Below, one piece after another: positions 24,453 to 35,256 of a DNA stretch of 49,768 nt. The first letter of the stretch is position 1, and each line of letters begins with the position of its first letter. The notes below the pieces were generated by a model that was not told the origin of the DNA, ran no database searches, and saw only the letters and a program-made list of their open reading frames with translations. Source of the DNA: Candidatus Pacebacteria bacterium CG_4_10_14_3_um_filter_34_15 (lineage in GTDB: Bacteria; Patescibacteriota; Microgenomatia; UBA1400; PJMF01). The translations under genes were made by a program, and so were the position numbers. The stretch lies in the NCBI GenBank assembly GCA_002783105.1, contig PFJN01000068.1:1-49768 (forward strand), written 5' to 3'.

Positions 24453-25367
24453 ATGGCAGCTGGATTACATATTTCAATCTCCGCAGAAAGACTTTTAACT
24501 CTGGGAGGACTTAATATAACAAACTCGATGTTTACAAGTGTCTTAGTTAGCCTGCTTCTTATCTCCTTCGCAATAATCACCAAATTTAAACTTAAAAACG
24601 TATCAAAGCCAACAGTTATTCAAAATTTTGCTGAAATGATTGTTGAAGCACTTCATGGACTTGTGCACGGTGTGACGGGCGACTTAAAAAGAACCCGTCT
24701 TTTTTTTCCATTTATCAGTACTTTCTTTCTAGTTATTATTTTGAATAACTGGCTAGGCTTAATTCCAGGAGTTGGAACAATAAAATTGCTAGTAAATGAA
24801 GAAGCTGCGAAAGTTGAAGAAGTTTCACAGACGGAAAAAGCTTCTGATCATAGCAATGTGCTTGTAGATTCAGTTCAGGCTTCTGAAGCAGTTGCAACTG
24901 AAGAAGCAATAACATTAGAAACTGAAGAAGCAACTCAAGAAGAAACCCCCAGCGAACACAGTGGACCAGTTGCTGTTCCAATCTTTAGACCTGGAACTGC
25001 AGATATTAACACCACAATATCATTAGCGTTAATTTCAATTATTGTTACCCAAATATTTGGAGTTAAATATTTGAAATTTGGCTATTTCAAAAAGTTCATC
25101 AACTTTTCAAGCCCAATCATGTTTTTTGTCGGAATACTCGAACTCATTTCTGAATTTGCAAAAATCATTTCTTTTGCATTTCGTTTATTTGGAAATATAT
25201 TTGCAGGAGAAGTTCTCTTAGTAGTTATGGCCTTCTTATTCCCAGTCATTCTACCTATGCCATTTTATGGCCTAGAATTATTTGTCGGATTTATTCAAGC
25301 TTTAGTATTTTCAATGTTAACTTTGGTATTTTTCAACATGGCAACTATAAGCCATGAGGAACATTAA
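24453..25367 (+). CDS. atpB: F0F1 ATP synthase subunit a, with an acidic low-complexity insertion
   Basis: FRLFGNIFAGE contains the essential Arg, and GLIPG...PGTADINTT flanks the loop. About 60 extra acidic residues (roughly aa 112-172) lie in that loop. Confidence 0.92.
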   Translation: MAAGLHISISAERLLTLGGLNITNSMFTSVLVSLLLISFAIITKFKLKNVSKPTVIQNFAEMIVEALHGLVHGVTGDLKRTRLFFPFISTFFLVIILNNWLGLIPGVGTIKLLVNEEAAKVEEVSQTEKASDHSNVLVDSVQASEAVATEEAITLETEEATQEETPSEHSGPVAVPIFRPGTADINTTISLALISIIVTQIFGVKYLKFGYFKKFINFSSPIMFFVGILELISEFAKIISFAFRLFGNIFAGEVLLVVMAFLFPVILPMPFYGLELFVGFIQALVFSMLTLVFFNMATISHEEH

Positions 25368-25400
25368 ATTAGTAATAATTAGTATAAATAATAACTTTAA

Positions 25401-25631
<231 letters not shown>

Positions 25632-25640
25632 AAGGAAACC

Positions 25641-26126
25641 ATGGACATTCAACTAACACAAATACTATTTCAAATAATCAATTTTTCAGTTGTACTTGGA
25701 GCATTAACTTTTCTTCTCTACAAGCCAGTTATTAAGATCTTTGATGAAAGAGCTTTGAGAATTGAAGAAGGTCAAAAAGCTGCTGAACTAGCAATTAAAA
25801 CAAAAGATGAGCTAGACAAAGAAAAGAAAAAAGCTGAAAACGAACATAAGAAAGAAAGAGCAAAAATCATAAATGATGCTCAAGAAGAAGCTAAACAAAG
25901 AGCTCAAGAAATCATTTCAACTGCTCGTAAAGAGACAAAAGAAGAACAAGCAAAACTTTTAGGTGGTTGGAAAGAGGAAAAAACTCAACTTATAAAAGAA
26001 GCAAAGTCAGAAATGACTGATGCTATTATTGCTATTTCAGCAAAAGTCATTGGTAAAACTCTCGACACAAAAGCTCAACAAAAATTGATTGACGAAGAAA
26101 TTAATTTAATCATAAAGAACTTATAA
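25641..26126 (+). CDS. atpF: F0F1 ATP synthase subunit b
   Basis: N-terminal TM helix followed by a long charged helix, in the canonical operon position. Confidence 0.9.
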   Translation: MDIQLTQILFQIINFSVVLGALTFLLYKPVIKIFDERALRIEEGQKAAELAIKTKDELDKEKKKAENEHKKERAKIINDAQEEAKQRAQEIISTARKETKEEQAKLLGGWKEEKTQLIKEAKSEMTDAIIAISAKVIGKTLDTKAQQKLIDEEINLIIKNL

Positions 26127-26147
26127 ACTATACCCTGAAGGGCATAA

Positions 26148-26387
26148 ATGAAATCAACATTGAAGGTGACCGCTACTTCGGCAATTAAGCTCACACCAAA
26201 ACAGGCTGACCTTATTGTTGAAGCTGTGGAAAAAAAGAATACTCTTGGAACTAAAGTAGAGCTTTTTCAAGTCATTGATCCATCAGTTATCGCAGGTATT
26301 AAAATTACCATTGGTTCAGAACAAATCGATGCGACAACGCTTACAAAACTTGAGAAACTTCATACACAACTTAGAGAAAATATTTAG
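26148..26387 (+). CDS. atpH: F0F1 ATP synthase subunit delta, C-terminal domain only (79 aa)
   Basis: VIDPSVIAGIKITIGSEQIDATTLTKLEKL aligns with the C-terminal IDxSxxGGxxxxxGDxxxDxSxxxxLxxL region of delta/OSCP. The gap to atpF is only 21 nt, so no N-terminal domain is hidden there. Confidence 0.8.
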   Translation: MKSTLKVTATSAIKLTPKQADLIVEAVEKKNTLGTKVELFQVIDPSVIAGIKITIGSEQIDATTLTKLEKLHTQLRENI

Positions 26388-26419
26388 AAAGGGAAACACC
26401 CGAAAAAGGCCAAAGGTAA

Positions 26420-27952
26420 ATGAAAAAAACTGCAAATATAAAATTTAATCATTCTATTTCTGAAATAATTAGTAATTCCGACTTGTCTTCGGACAAACAA
26501 ATAATCGGAATTGTCAAATCTTATGGAGATGGAGTTGTTAAAGTTTCTGGACTAGACGACGTCAAAGCTGGAGAATTAATTGATCTAGGAAATGATCAAT
26601 TTGGCCTAGCTTTAAACTTAGAAAAAGAAGAGACTGGTATCGTTGTTTTAGGAGATGCATTACATTTAAAAGCTGGTGCGACCGTCAAGAAAACCGGAAA
26701 AATTCTCTCAATTAATGTTTCTGATTCAATTCTTGGCAGAACGGTTGACGTTTTGGGTAGAGTTCTTGACGGCCGAGCAAATATTTCTGTCGGCAAACAA
26801 ATGCTTCTTGAGAAAAAAGCCCCAGGAATTATGCCTCGTAAATCAGTTACTCAGCCACTCCATACAGGATTAAAAGCTATTGATGCCTTAGTTCCAATTG
26901 GTCGAGGACAACGTGAGCTTATCATTGGTGACAGATCAACTGGTAAAACAGCTGTCGCTTTGGGAACAATTCTAAATCAAACAGATCAAGATGTTATTTG
27001 TGTATATGTTTGTATTGGTCAAAAAAGATCTTCTCTAGCACAAACCATTGATATTTTAACTAAAAATAATGCCATGGACTATACCGTGATTGTGGCGGCA
27101 ACCGCATCGGTTTCTGCTGCAGAGCAATTCTTAGCCCCATATGCAGGACAAGCTATAGCTGAATATTTCCTTGAAAAAGGAAAAGATGTTTTAATCATTT
27201 TTGATGATCTTACTAAACACGCTCAAGCTTATCGTGAAATTTCACTCTTGCTCAAGCGTCCATCAGGTCGTGAAGCATATCCTGGAGATGTTTTTTATCT
27301 CCATTCAAGACTTCTTGAGAGATCATGCAAACTCAATGATGCTAATGGTGGCGGCTCAATAACGGCATTACCAATTATTGAAACACAAGATAATGACGTG
27401 TCTGCATTTATTCCAACCAATGTGATTTCTATTACTGACGGTCAAATTTATTTAGAGTCAGATCTCTTTAATGCCGGAATGAAACCAGCTATTAATGTTG
27501 GTCTGTCAGTTTCTCGTGTCGGAGGAGCAGCTCAAGTTAAAGCAACAAAACAGGTTGCTGGAACAATGAAACTTGATCTTGCACAATTCAGAGAACTTCA
27601 AGCATTTGCTCAATTTAGTTCAGACCTTGACGAAAAGACCAAGGCTCAGCTTGATAGAGGAGAAAGAGTTAATGCTATCCTAAAACAAGGATGGGACGCA
27701 CCTCAAAAATTTGAAGAAGAAGTTGTCGTAATCTATGCCGCAGTTAAAGGTTATCTTGATTTGATAAATGTAGATGACATTCAAAAATGGGAAGCATTGT
27801 ATTTAGAATTTATCAAAAACTCATACTCACACATTTTGAAAAGTATAGTTACTGAAAAAAAATTATTAAATAAAACAGAAAAAGAATTAATTGAAGCTAT
27901 TAAAACTTTTAACTCAATGAATCCAGAGTTTTCTCTCGAAGTTGAGGAATAA
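26420..27952 (+). CDS. atpA: F0F1 ATP synthase subunit alpha
   Basis: Walker A GDRSTGKTA, plus PGREAYPGDVFYLHSRLLER. Confidence 0.97.
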   Translation: MKKTANIKFNHSISEIISNSDLSSDKQIIGIVKSYGDGVVKVSGLDDVKAGELIDLGNDQFGLALNLEKEETGIVVLGDALHLKAGATVKKTGKILSINVSDSILGRTVDVLGRVLDGRANISVGKQMLLEKKAPGIMPRKSVTQPLHTGLKAIDALVPIGRGQRELIIGDRSTGKTAVALGTILNQTDQDVICVYVCIGQKRSSLAQTIDILTKNNAMDYTVIVAATASVSAAEQFLAPYAGQAIAEYFLEKGKDVLIIFDDLTKHAQAYREISLLLKRPSGREAYPGDVFYLHSRLLERSCKLNDANGGGSITALPIIETQDNDVSAFIPTNVISITDGQIYLESDLFNAGMKPAINVGLSVSRVGGAAQVKATKQVAGTMKLDLAQFRELQAFAQFSSDLDEKTKAQLDRGERVNAILKQGWDAPQKFEEEVVVIYAAVKGYLDLINVDDIQKWEALYLEFIKNSYSHILKSIVTEKKLLNKTEKELIEAIKTFNSMNPEFSLEVEE

Positions 27953-27966
27953 TACTTGATCTAAAT

Positions 27967-28851
27967 ATGTCTAGTGCTCGTCAAATAAAACAAAAAATAA
28001 AGACTGCTAAAAATATTTCCAAAATCACAAAAGCGATGGAAATGGTTTCTGCAAGTAAAATGAGACGTGCACAAATTCAAGCACTAGCTACTCGACCCTA
28101 CACCCGCGCTTTACAAGAATCTTTATCGACCTTAGCCTCAACTATTAAAACAAATATTCATCCTTTTTTGGTAAGCCATCCTAGTGGTGTCGATGTAGCT
28201 ATCATTATTTCAACAGATAAAGGTCTTTGTGGAGGATTAAATCTAAATTTATTTAAGTCCACTATTGAATGGCAAAAAAAACATCGAAGTGGAAAACTCA
28301 TACTTGTTGGTAAAAAAGCTGTCGTTTTTGCAAAAATGTACGGCCTCAATACTTATGCTCAATTTACTGATTTTCCAGACATAATTAGAACCTCTGAAAT
28401 TCTTCCTATCGCAACTATTATCTCAAAAGAATATTTAAATGAATCTTTCAAATCAGTCTCGATAATTTATATGGATTTTATTAGCACCTTAGTACAAAGA
28501 GTTAAAACCATTAATTTGTTGCCATTACCAAAAAATGATGAAACTAATTATTCTGAGTTAGTCTTAGTAAACACAAAAAGTAAAATCGAGTATATTTTTG
28601 AACCAAGTCCAGAGGCAATTCTTGATGATTTGCTGAATTATTATTTAGAAAATACTTTATACCAATCATTTCTTGAGGCAAAAGCAAGTGAACACAGTGC
28701 TCGTATGGTTGCTATGAAGAATGCTAGTGACAATGCCGGTGAATTAATGAGTGAGTTACAATTACAATTTAATAAATCTAGACAAGCAGGAATTACAAGT
28801 GAGCTACTTGATATTACCACTGCTGTTCTTGCACAAAGAATAGATAACTAA
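27967..28851 (+). CDS. atpG: F0F1 ATP synthase subunit gamma
   Basis: N-terminal IKTAKNISKITKAMEMVSASKMR and C-terminal ITSELLDI helices. Confidence 0.95.
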   Translation: MSSARQIKQKIKTAKNISKITKAMEMVSASKMRRAQIQALATRPYTRALQESLSTLASTIKTNIHPFLVSHPSGVDVAIIISTDKGLCGGLNLNLFKSTIEWQKKHRSGKLILVGKKAVVFAKMYGLNTYAQFTDFPDIIRTSEILPIATIISKEYLNESFKSVSIIYMDFISTLVQRVKTINLLPLPKNDETNYSELVLVNTKSKIEYIFEPSPEAILDDLLNYYLENTLYQSFLEAKASEHSARMVAMKNASDNAGELMSELQLQFNKSRQAGITSELLDITTAVLAQRIDN

Positions 28852-28859
28852 GAAGCTAA

Positions 28860-30266
<1,407 letters not shown>

Positions 30267-30268
30267 TA

Positions 30269-30688
30269 ATGAAAAAAATACTTTTAACTGTTGTTACTCA
30301 AGAAGAGCAGTTATTACAAACCAAAATTGACCAGATCACAGCTCCAACCGTTGAGGGAGAAATAACTATACTTCCTAACCATATTGCGTTATTCAGCAAA
30401 TTAAAATCTGGTGAACTCAAATATATAGAAGAAAATGAAGAGCATTCATTGGTCATATCAAACGGTTTTATTACTGTTTCTCCTGAGAGCGAGGTTACCG
30501 TCATTGTTGACAGCGCAACTCTAGATCGCAATATTAGTGTTTCAAAAGCCGAACAAGCTGTTAGAGACGCCAAAGAAGCCATGACTAAAACCACGGATCA
30601 AAGAGAACTCTTGCTGGCTGAGGCATCACTCAAGAGAGCAATGCTTGAAATTCGCATTGCCCAAAAATCAAAAAAATCAAGAATATAA
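30269..30688 (+). CDS. atpC: F0F1 ATP synthase subunit epsilon
   Basis: 139 aa with an N-terminal beta sandwich (TAPTVEGEITILPNHIAL) and a C-terminal helical hairpin; last gene of the operon. Confidence 0.9.
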   Translation: MKKILLTVVTQEEQLLQTKIDQITAPTVEGEITILPNHIALFSKLKSGELKYIEENEEHSLVISNGFITVSPESEVTVIVDSATLDRNISVSKAEQAVRDAKEAMTKTTDQRELLLAEASLKRAMLEIRIAQKSKKSRI

Positions 30689-30707
30689 TTGTCAAAGAAT
30701 GTGGTCG

Positions 30708-30740
30708 AAAAGTCCTAAAACATACTACTTTAGGACTTTT
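30708..30740. terminator. bidirectional intrinsic terminator after the atp operon
   Basis: Perfect 12-bp inverted repeat AAAAGTCCTAAA (30708-30719) / TTTAGGACTTTT (30729-30740) with A/T runs on both sides. Confidence 0.8.
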
Positions 30741-30796
30741 ACTCGAGAGATTACCCGCTTGCCGTGTGAAAAAAAACATTTATACTAACAGGTGTT

Positions 30797-31273
30797 ATGA
30801 AACTAATTAAACAACAAATTGAATTGACCAAAGAAGGCTTAGACGAACTTCAAACAGAACTAACTGAATTGGTCGAACACAAACTGCCAGCAACAATTTT
30901 AAGAGTCACCAAAGCAAGAGAGCATGGTGATTTATCTGAAAATGCCGAATACCACTCAGCCAGAGATGATCAGCAACTTCTCCAAGCTAGAATTGACGAA
31001 CTTCAAGAAATTGTCAGTAAAGCTAAAGTTATTAAACAAACTAAAAGCAATTTAAAAGTTGGAGTCGGATCAGTTGTTGTAGTTTCAAAGTCAGGCTCCA
31101 AAAAAGCAACCACTCTAAAAATCGTTGGTGAATTCGAGGCAGATCCAAAGACAGGCAAAGTTTCAAATGCCTCACCAATGGGAAGTTCATTAATGGGCAA
31201 GAAGAAGGATGACAAAATAGTCGTGAAAGCACCTGCGGGAAATATTGAATACAAAATTAAGAAAATAAGCTAA
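30797..31273 (+). CDS. greA: transcription elongation factor GreA (canonical)
   Basis: REHGDLSENAEYHSARDDQ coiled-coil tip and the C-terminal SPMGSSLMGKKKDDKIVVKAPAG. Confidence 0.93.
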   Translation: MKLIKQQIELTKEGLDELQTELTELVEHKLPATILRVTKAREHGDLSENAEYHSARDDQQLLQARIDELQEIVSKAKVIKQTKSNLKVGVGSVVVVSKSGSKKATTLKIVGEFEADPKTGKVSNASPMGSSLMGKKKDDKIVVKAPAGNIEYKIKKIS

Positions 31274-31293
31274 AAAGATAAATTCAATAATTC

Positions 31294-31320
31294 AAAGCCC
31301 CGCTAAAAGCGGGGCTTTTT
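31294..31320 (+). terminator. intrinsic terminator after greA
   Basis: GCCCCGC (31297-31303), loop UAAAA, GCGGGGC (31309-31315), then U5, with a preceding AAA. Confidence 0.9.
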
Positions 31321-31357
31321 AGTTACTTAATTAAAAATAAATATAGAAGAGAAATAA

Positions 31358-31365
31358 TGTATAAT
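31358..31365 (+). promoter_or_regulatory. extended -10 promoter element (TGTATAAT) upstream of the LysRS gene
   Basis: TG at 31358-31359 and TATAAT at 31360-31365. An AAGGAAA SD follows before ATG 31391. Confidence 0.5.
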
Positions 31366-31390
31366 TGTAAAATCAAACTAAGGAAAATAT

Positions 31391-33778
31391 ATGAATAATC
31401 AATCATTGCACTGGACAGACAAAATTGCGATTGGAATTCAAAAATGGCAAGAAAAAAACAATATCAAAAACTTGCATGTAGATGATATGAAAACTCCATC
31501 GGGAAGAGTTCATACAGGCTCTCTGAGAGGAGTTATTCTTCATGACCTAATAGCAAAAACACTAACCGAAAAAACAAATGAAAAAGTATCTAGTACTTAT
31601 GTTTTTAATGATATGGATCCAATGAATAATCTTCCTGGATATCTTAATAAAGAAGACTATGACGTTCATATGGGAAAACCATTGTATAAAATACCTACTC
31701 CCGAATTAAACAAGTCTGGAATTGATTTTAAAAATGCTTCAAAAGCAGAAGTTGAGGAATTTAAAAATGCCAAAAGCTTCGGAGAATTCTATGCTATCGA
31801 CTTTATTCACGCATTTAGAAAATTAGGATGTGATCAAAAAATTATATGGAGTCATGAACTGTATGAATCTGGAAAAATGGATGAGCAAATTAAAACTGCT
31901 CTAAACAAAGTTGAGTCTATAAAAAAAATCTATAAAGAAATTGCTGATTATGATTTACCAAACAATTGGTATCCATTTCAAGTAATTTGTGAGAAATGTG
32001 GCAAAGTTGGAACCACACTAACAACAAGTTGGGATGGCAAAAAAGTAACATATGAGTGTCAACTTGATAAAGTAAAATGGGCCAAAGGCTGTGGATATAA
32101 AGGAGAAATAAGTCCTTTCGGAGGTACTGGAAAACTTTTATGGAAAGTTGACTGGCCAGCTCACTGGAAAACAATGGGCGTCACTATTGAGGGTGCTGGT
32201 AAAGATCATAATTCTGCAAGTGGATCTAGAGATATGGCCGATGCTCAATTAAAAAAAGTCTTTGATTATCCTCTTTTGTTTAATATTCCTTATGAATGGA
32301 TATTGATAAGAGGTGCAAAAATGAGTTCTAGTAAAGGAGTTGGAACCTCGGCAAGAGAGTTCGTCAATCTTTTTCCTCCACAAGTAGGAAGATTTTTATT
32401 TGCTAGCAAAAACTATAATCAAGTTATAGACTTCGATCCACAAGGAGAAACTATCCCAGATCTCTATGATGAATATAACCAAGCAGCAAGAATTTTTTGG
32501 GACCAAGAAAAAGGTGATAAAAGAATGGGAAGAGCGTTTGAATTATCTCAAATTGGTAAGATACCAAAAAGTGAGTTTTTACCACGTTTTAGAGATGTTG
32601 CTTTGTGGATGCAGTATCCCGAACTTAATTTAGTTAGTGAGTTTGAAAAAATTAAAGGTTCTTCTTTGACAGATATTGAAAAAAATACTTTAGAAATTAC
32701 AAAAAAATATGCCCAAATTTGGATTGACAGATATTCTCCAAATGAATTTCAACTAACAGCATCAGAAAGCACTCCGATAGAGTCAGTTACTCTAAATACT
32801 GATCAACTTAGCTATTTAGAAGAAGCAATAAAGCTTGTTAACTCACGAGAGTGGCCAGATCCTCAAAACTTGCAGCAAGAATTATTTAATTTGTCTAAAA
32901 AAGGTATTGGAGCAAAACAAGCTTTTCAGAGCATTTATCTTGCTTTCTTGGGAAAAACCTACGGTCCAAGAGCAGCATGGTTCTTACTAAATACCAATAA
33001 AAAGATTTTAAACTCTAGAATATCTGATATTGAGAAACTCAAGAAGTCCAAAGAAAAAGAAGATTTCTTATTTGATATTTTTGACCAACCAGAAATATTT
33101 TCTATTGATAAGAATTTTGAGGAAAAATATCCATCGGCAACTATCGGTATAGCTATCATGGATGGAGTAAATATTGAAAAAATTAATAAAGAACTAGAAA
33201 AAGAAAAAGAGAGCCTCATAAATAATGTTAAGGATTTAACTCCAAAAGAAGTCCAAGATAATAAAGAAATAAATAGCTATAGAAAAATGTATGAAGAAAT
33301 GGGTATTGATTGGAATAAAAGAAAATCTAGCCCTGCTGCACTCTTAATCAGAGCATCTCAAGGTAAAGGCATTGCCAATATTAACACTTGTGTGGATGCA
33401 TATAACCTAGTAGTTATGAAAAACCGCATATCTGCTGGAGCATTTGATTTTGACCAATTTGAATTCCCTACCATTTTAAAAGAGGCTAAAGGAGGAGAAA
33501 ATATTAAAGTGATAGGAGAAAATGATCCGATTGAACTAAAAAAGGGAGAAGTTTGTTATTTTGATCAGAATGGACCATACAATATGGATTATAATTTTAG
33601 AGACGCAAAAAGAACCAGTGTTACAAAAGATACAAAAAAACTCTTAATAAATGTAGAGGGAATTAACAGTATTTCAAGAGAACAAGTTGAAAAGAGTTTG
33701 AAAGAGGTAATTGATATTATACAAAAATATTGTGGCGGTGAAGTTATAACTGCTGGAATAGTAAAAGCTAAAAAATAA
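31391..33778 (+). CDS. lysK: class I lysyl-tRNA synthetase fused to a C-terminal B3/4 (COG3382-type) domain
   Basis: Class I core with PSGRVHTGSLRG (HIGH-like) and KMSSSKG (KMSKS). The C-terminal roughly 235 aa carry INTCVDAYNLVV...GAFDFD...GEVCYFD...NFRDAKRTSVTKDTKKLLINVEG, typical of free-standing B3/4 domains. Confidence 0.88.
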   Translation: MNNQSLHWTDKIAIGIQKWQEKNNIKNLHVDDMKTPSGRVHTGSLRGVILHDLIAKTLTEKTNEKVSSTYVFNDMDPMNNLPGYLNKEDYDVHMGKPLYKIPTPELNKSGIDFKNASKAEVEEFKNAKSFGEFYAIDFIHAFRKLGCDQKIIWSHELYESGKMDEQIKTALNKVESIKKIYKEIADYDLPNNWYPFQVICEKCGKVGTTLTTSWDGKKVTYECQLDKVKWAKGCGYKGEISPFGGTGKLLWKVDWPAHWKTMGVTIEGAGKDHNSASGSRDMADAQLKKVFDYPLLFNIPYEWILIRGAKMSSSKGVGTSAREFVNLFPPQVGRFLFASKNYNQVIDFDPQGETIPDLYDEYNQAARIFWDQEKGDKRMGRAFELSQIGKIPKSEFLPRFRDVALWMQYPELNLVSEFEKIKGSSLTDIEKNTLEITKKYAQIWIDRYSPNEFQLTASESTPIESVTLNTDQLSYLEEAIKLVNSREWPDPQNLQQELFNLSKKGIGAKQAFQSIYLAFLGKTYGPRAAWFLLNTNKKILNSRISDIEKLKKSKEKEDFLFDIFDQPEIFSIDKNFEEKYPSATIGIAIMDGVNIEKINKELEKEKESLINNVKDLTPKEVQDNKEINSYRKMYEEMGIDWNKRKSSPAALLIRASQGKGIANINTCVDAYNLVVMKNRISAGAFDFDQFEFPTILKEAKGGENIKVIGENDPIELKKGEVCYFDQNGPYNMDYNFRDAKRTSVTKDTKKLLINVEGINSISREQVEKSLKEVIDIIQKYCGGEVITAGIVKAKK

Positions 33779-33789
33779 AGGAAATTGTT

Positions 33790-34323
33790 GTGTCGCTACC
33801 TTCTAAAGAAAAATCCACCGAACTTCTCAAAAAGTATATCAAAGATGAATCATTAATTAATCATAGTGAAATGGTCGCACTTGCAATGCAGGAATATGCA
33901 AAACTTCTTGGTGAAAACGAAGAACTTTGGTATCACACAGGATTACTACATGACCTTGACTGGGAAATGTTCCCAAACGAACATCCAAACAAAGCACTCA
34001 AAGATTTATTAGGTGATTATCCTCAAGAAATGCATAACGCAATTGCTGCTCATGCTCCAAATAGAACTAGTAAATCTCCACAAACAACGTTAGAAAGATA
34101 TCTGTTTGCCTGCGATGAAATTTGTGGATTTATGAACGCTGTCTCAATTTTGCGCCCAACAGGATTTGAGGGTATGAAGCCAAAATCAATTAATAAAAAG
34201 CTAAAAACCAAAGCGTTCGCAGCGAATGTGAGTAGAGAAGACATCGCTCAAGGCTTGGAACTAATAGGTAAGTCTGCTGACGAACATTTTTCATTTTTAA
34301 TTGAGGTTTTTAATTCTAAATAA
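33790..34323 (+). CDS. HD-domain metal-dependent phosphohydrolase
   Basis: GTG start 6 nt after an AAGGAAA SD, with H...HD (GLLHDLDW) and downstream His residues. Confidence 0.7.
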   Translation: MSLPSKEKSTELLKKYIKDESLINHSEMVALAMQEYAKLLGENEELWYHTGLLHDLDWEMFPNEHPNKALKDLLGDYPQEMHNAIAAHAPNRTSKSPQTTLERYLFACDEICGFMNAVSILRPTGFEGMKPKSINKKLKTKAFAANVSREDIAQGLELIGKSADEHFSFLIEVFNSK

Positions 34324-34375
34324 GCTTATAAAGCAATAATTTTGTAAGAAAAAAGATATAAACTATAGCTTAATC

Positions 34376-35224
34376 ATGGAATCTCAAATAATATACTCAC
34401 TAACTAAGAACTTCGAAAACGTCTCTTATAAAACAGAGGAAGGAGTAGAATTCTGGCTAGCCAGAGATCTTCAGAAATTACTTGGATACTCTAAGTGGAA
34501 TAACTTTATTAGTGTAATAGATAAAGCAAAGTTAGCATGTAAAAATTCTCAAGAAAATATTTCCAATCATTTTGCCGAGGTCGGTAAAACGATCAAAATG
34601 CCAAAAAATGCATCAAGAAATATAAATGATGTTATGCTAACCAGATATGCTTGTTACTTGATCGCGCAAAATGGAGATAGTAAAAAAGAAGAAATCGCCT
34701 TCGCTCAAACTTATTTTGCCCTGCAAACAAGAAAAGCAGAAATTATAGAACAAAAAATTCTAGAATCCGAAAGGGTAAATGAAAGAAATAAATTAAAAGA
34801 AACTGAAAAAGAATTATCTAAAATCATTCTTAAACAAACAAGAAGTAACGAAAATTTTGCTCTAATAAGAAGCAAAGGAGATCATGCTCTTTTCAATAAA
34901 AGTACTCAGCAAATGAAAAATAAATGGAAAATTAAAAATAAACCTCTTGCTGATTTCATGCCAACAATCCTGTTAAAAGCAAAAGATTTTGCTACTGAAA
35001 TTACTATTTTTAATACTAAAGATAAATATTTGAGCTCAGAAAAACAAATTTCAAACGAACATATCACAAACAATAAAACAGTTAGAAAAACTCTTGTCTC
35101 AAGAGGAATTATCCCTGAGAACTTACCTCCAGAATCAGATGTAAATAAAGTTGAAAGAAAACTAAACTCAGATAGTAAAAAATCTCTCAAGAATAAAATT
35201 ACTTTCAACAATTCTAAAAAATAA
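34376..35224 (+). CDS. dinD: DNA-damage-inducible protein D (DinD)-like protein
   Basis: Collinear with E. coli DinD as I recall it: WLARDLQKLLGYSKW, HFAEV, MLTRYACYLIAQNGD and AQTYFALQTRKAE. Confidence 0.75.
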   Translation: MESQIIYSLTKNFENVSYKTEEGVEFWLARDLQKLLGYSKWNNFISVIDKAKLACKNSQENISNHFAEVGKTIKMPKNASRNINDVMLTRYACYLIAQNGDSKKEEIAFAQTYFALQTRKAEIIEQKILESERVNERNKLKETEKELSKIILKQTRSNENFALIRSKGDHALFNKSTQQMKNKWKIKNKPLADFMPTILLKAKDFATEITIFNTKDKYLSSEKQISNEHITNNKTVRKTLVSRGIIPENLPPESDVNKVERKLNSDSKKSLKNKITFNNSKK

Positions 35225-35239
35225 TTAATATCCAAAGAA

Positions 35240-35248
35240 TGATACAAT
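35240..35248 (+). promoter_or_regulatory. extended -10 promoter element (TGaTACAAT), 8 nt before the serS ATG
   Basis: TG at 35240-35241 and TACAAT at 35243-35248. ATG is at 35257 with no SD. Confidence 0.45.
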
Positions 35249-35256
35249 AAAACCCT

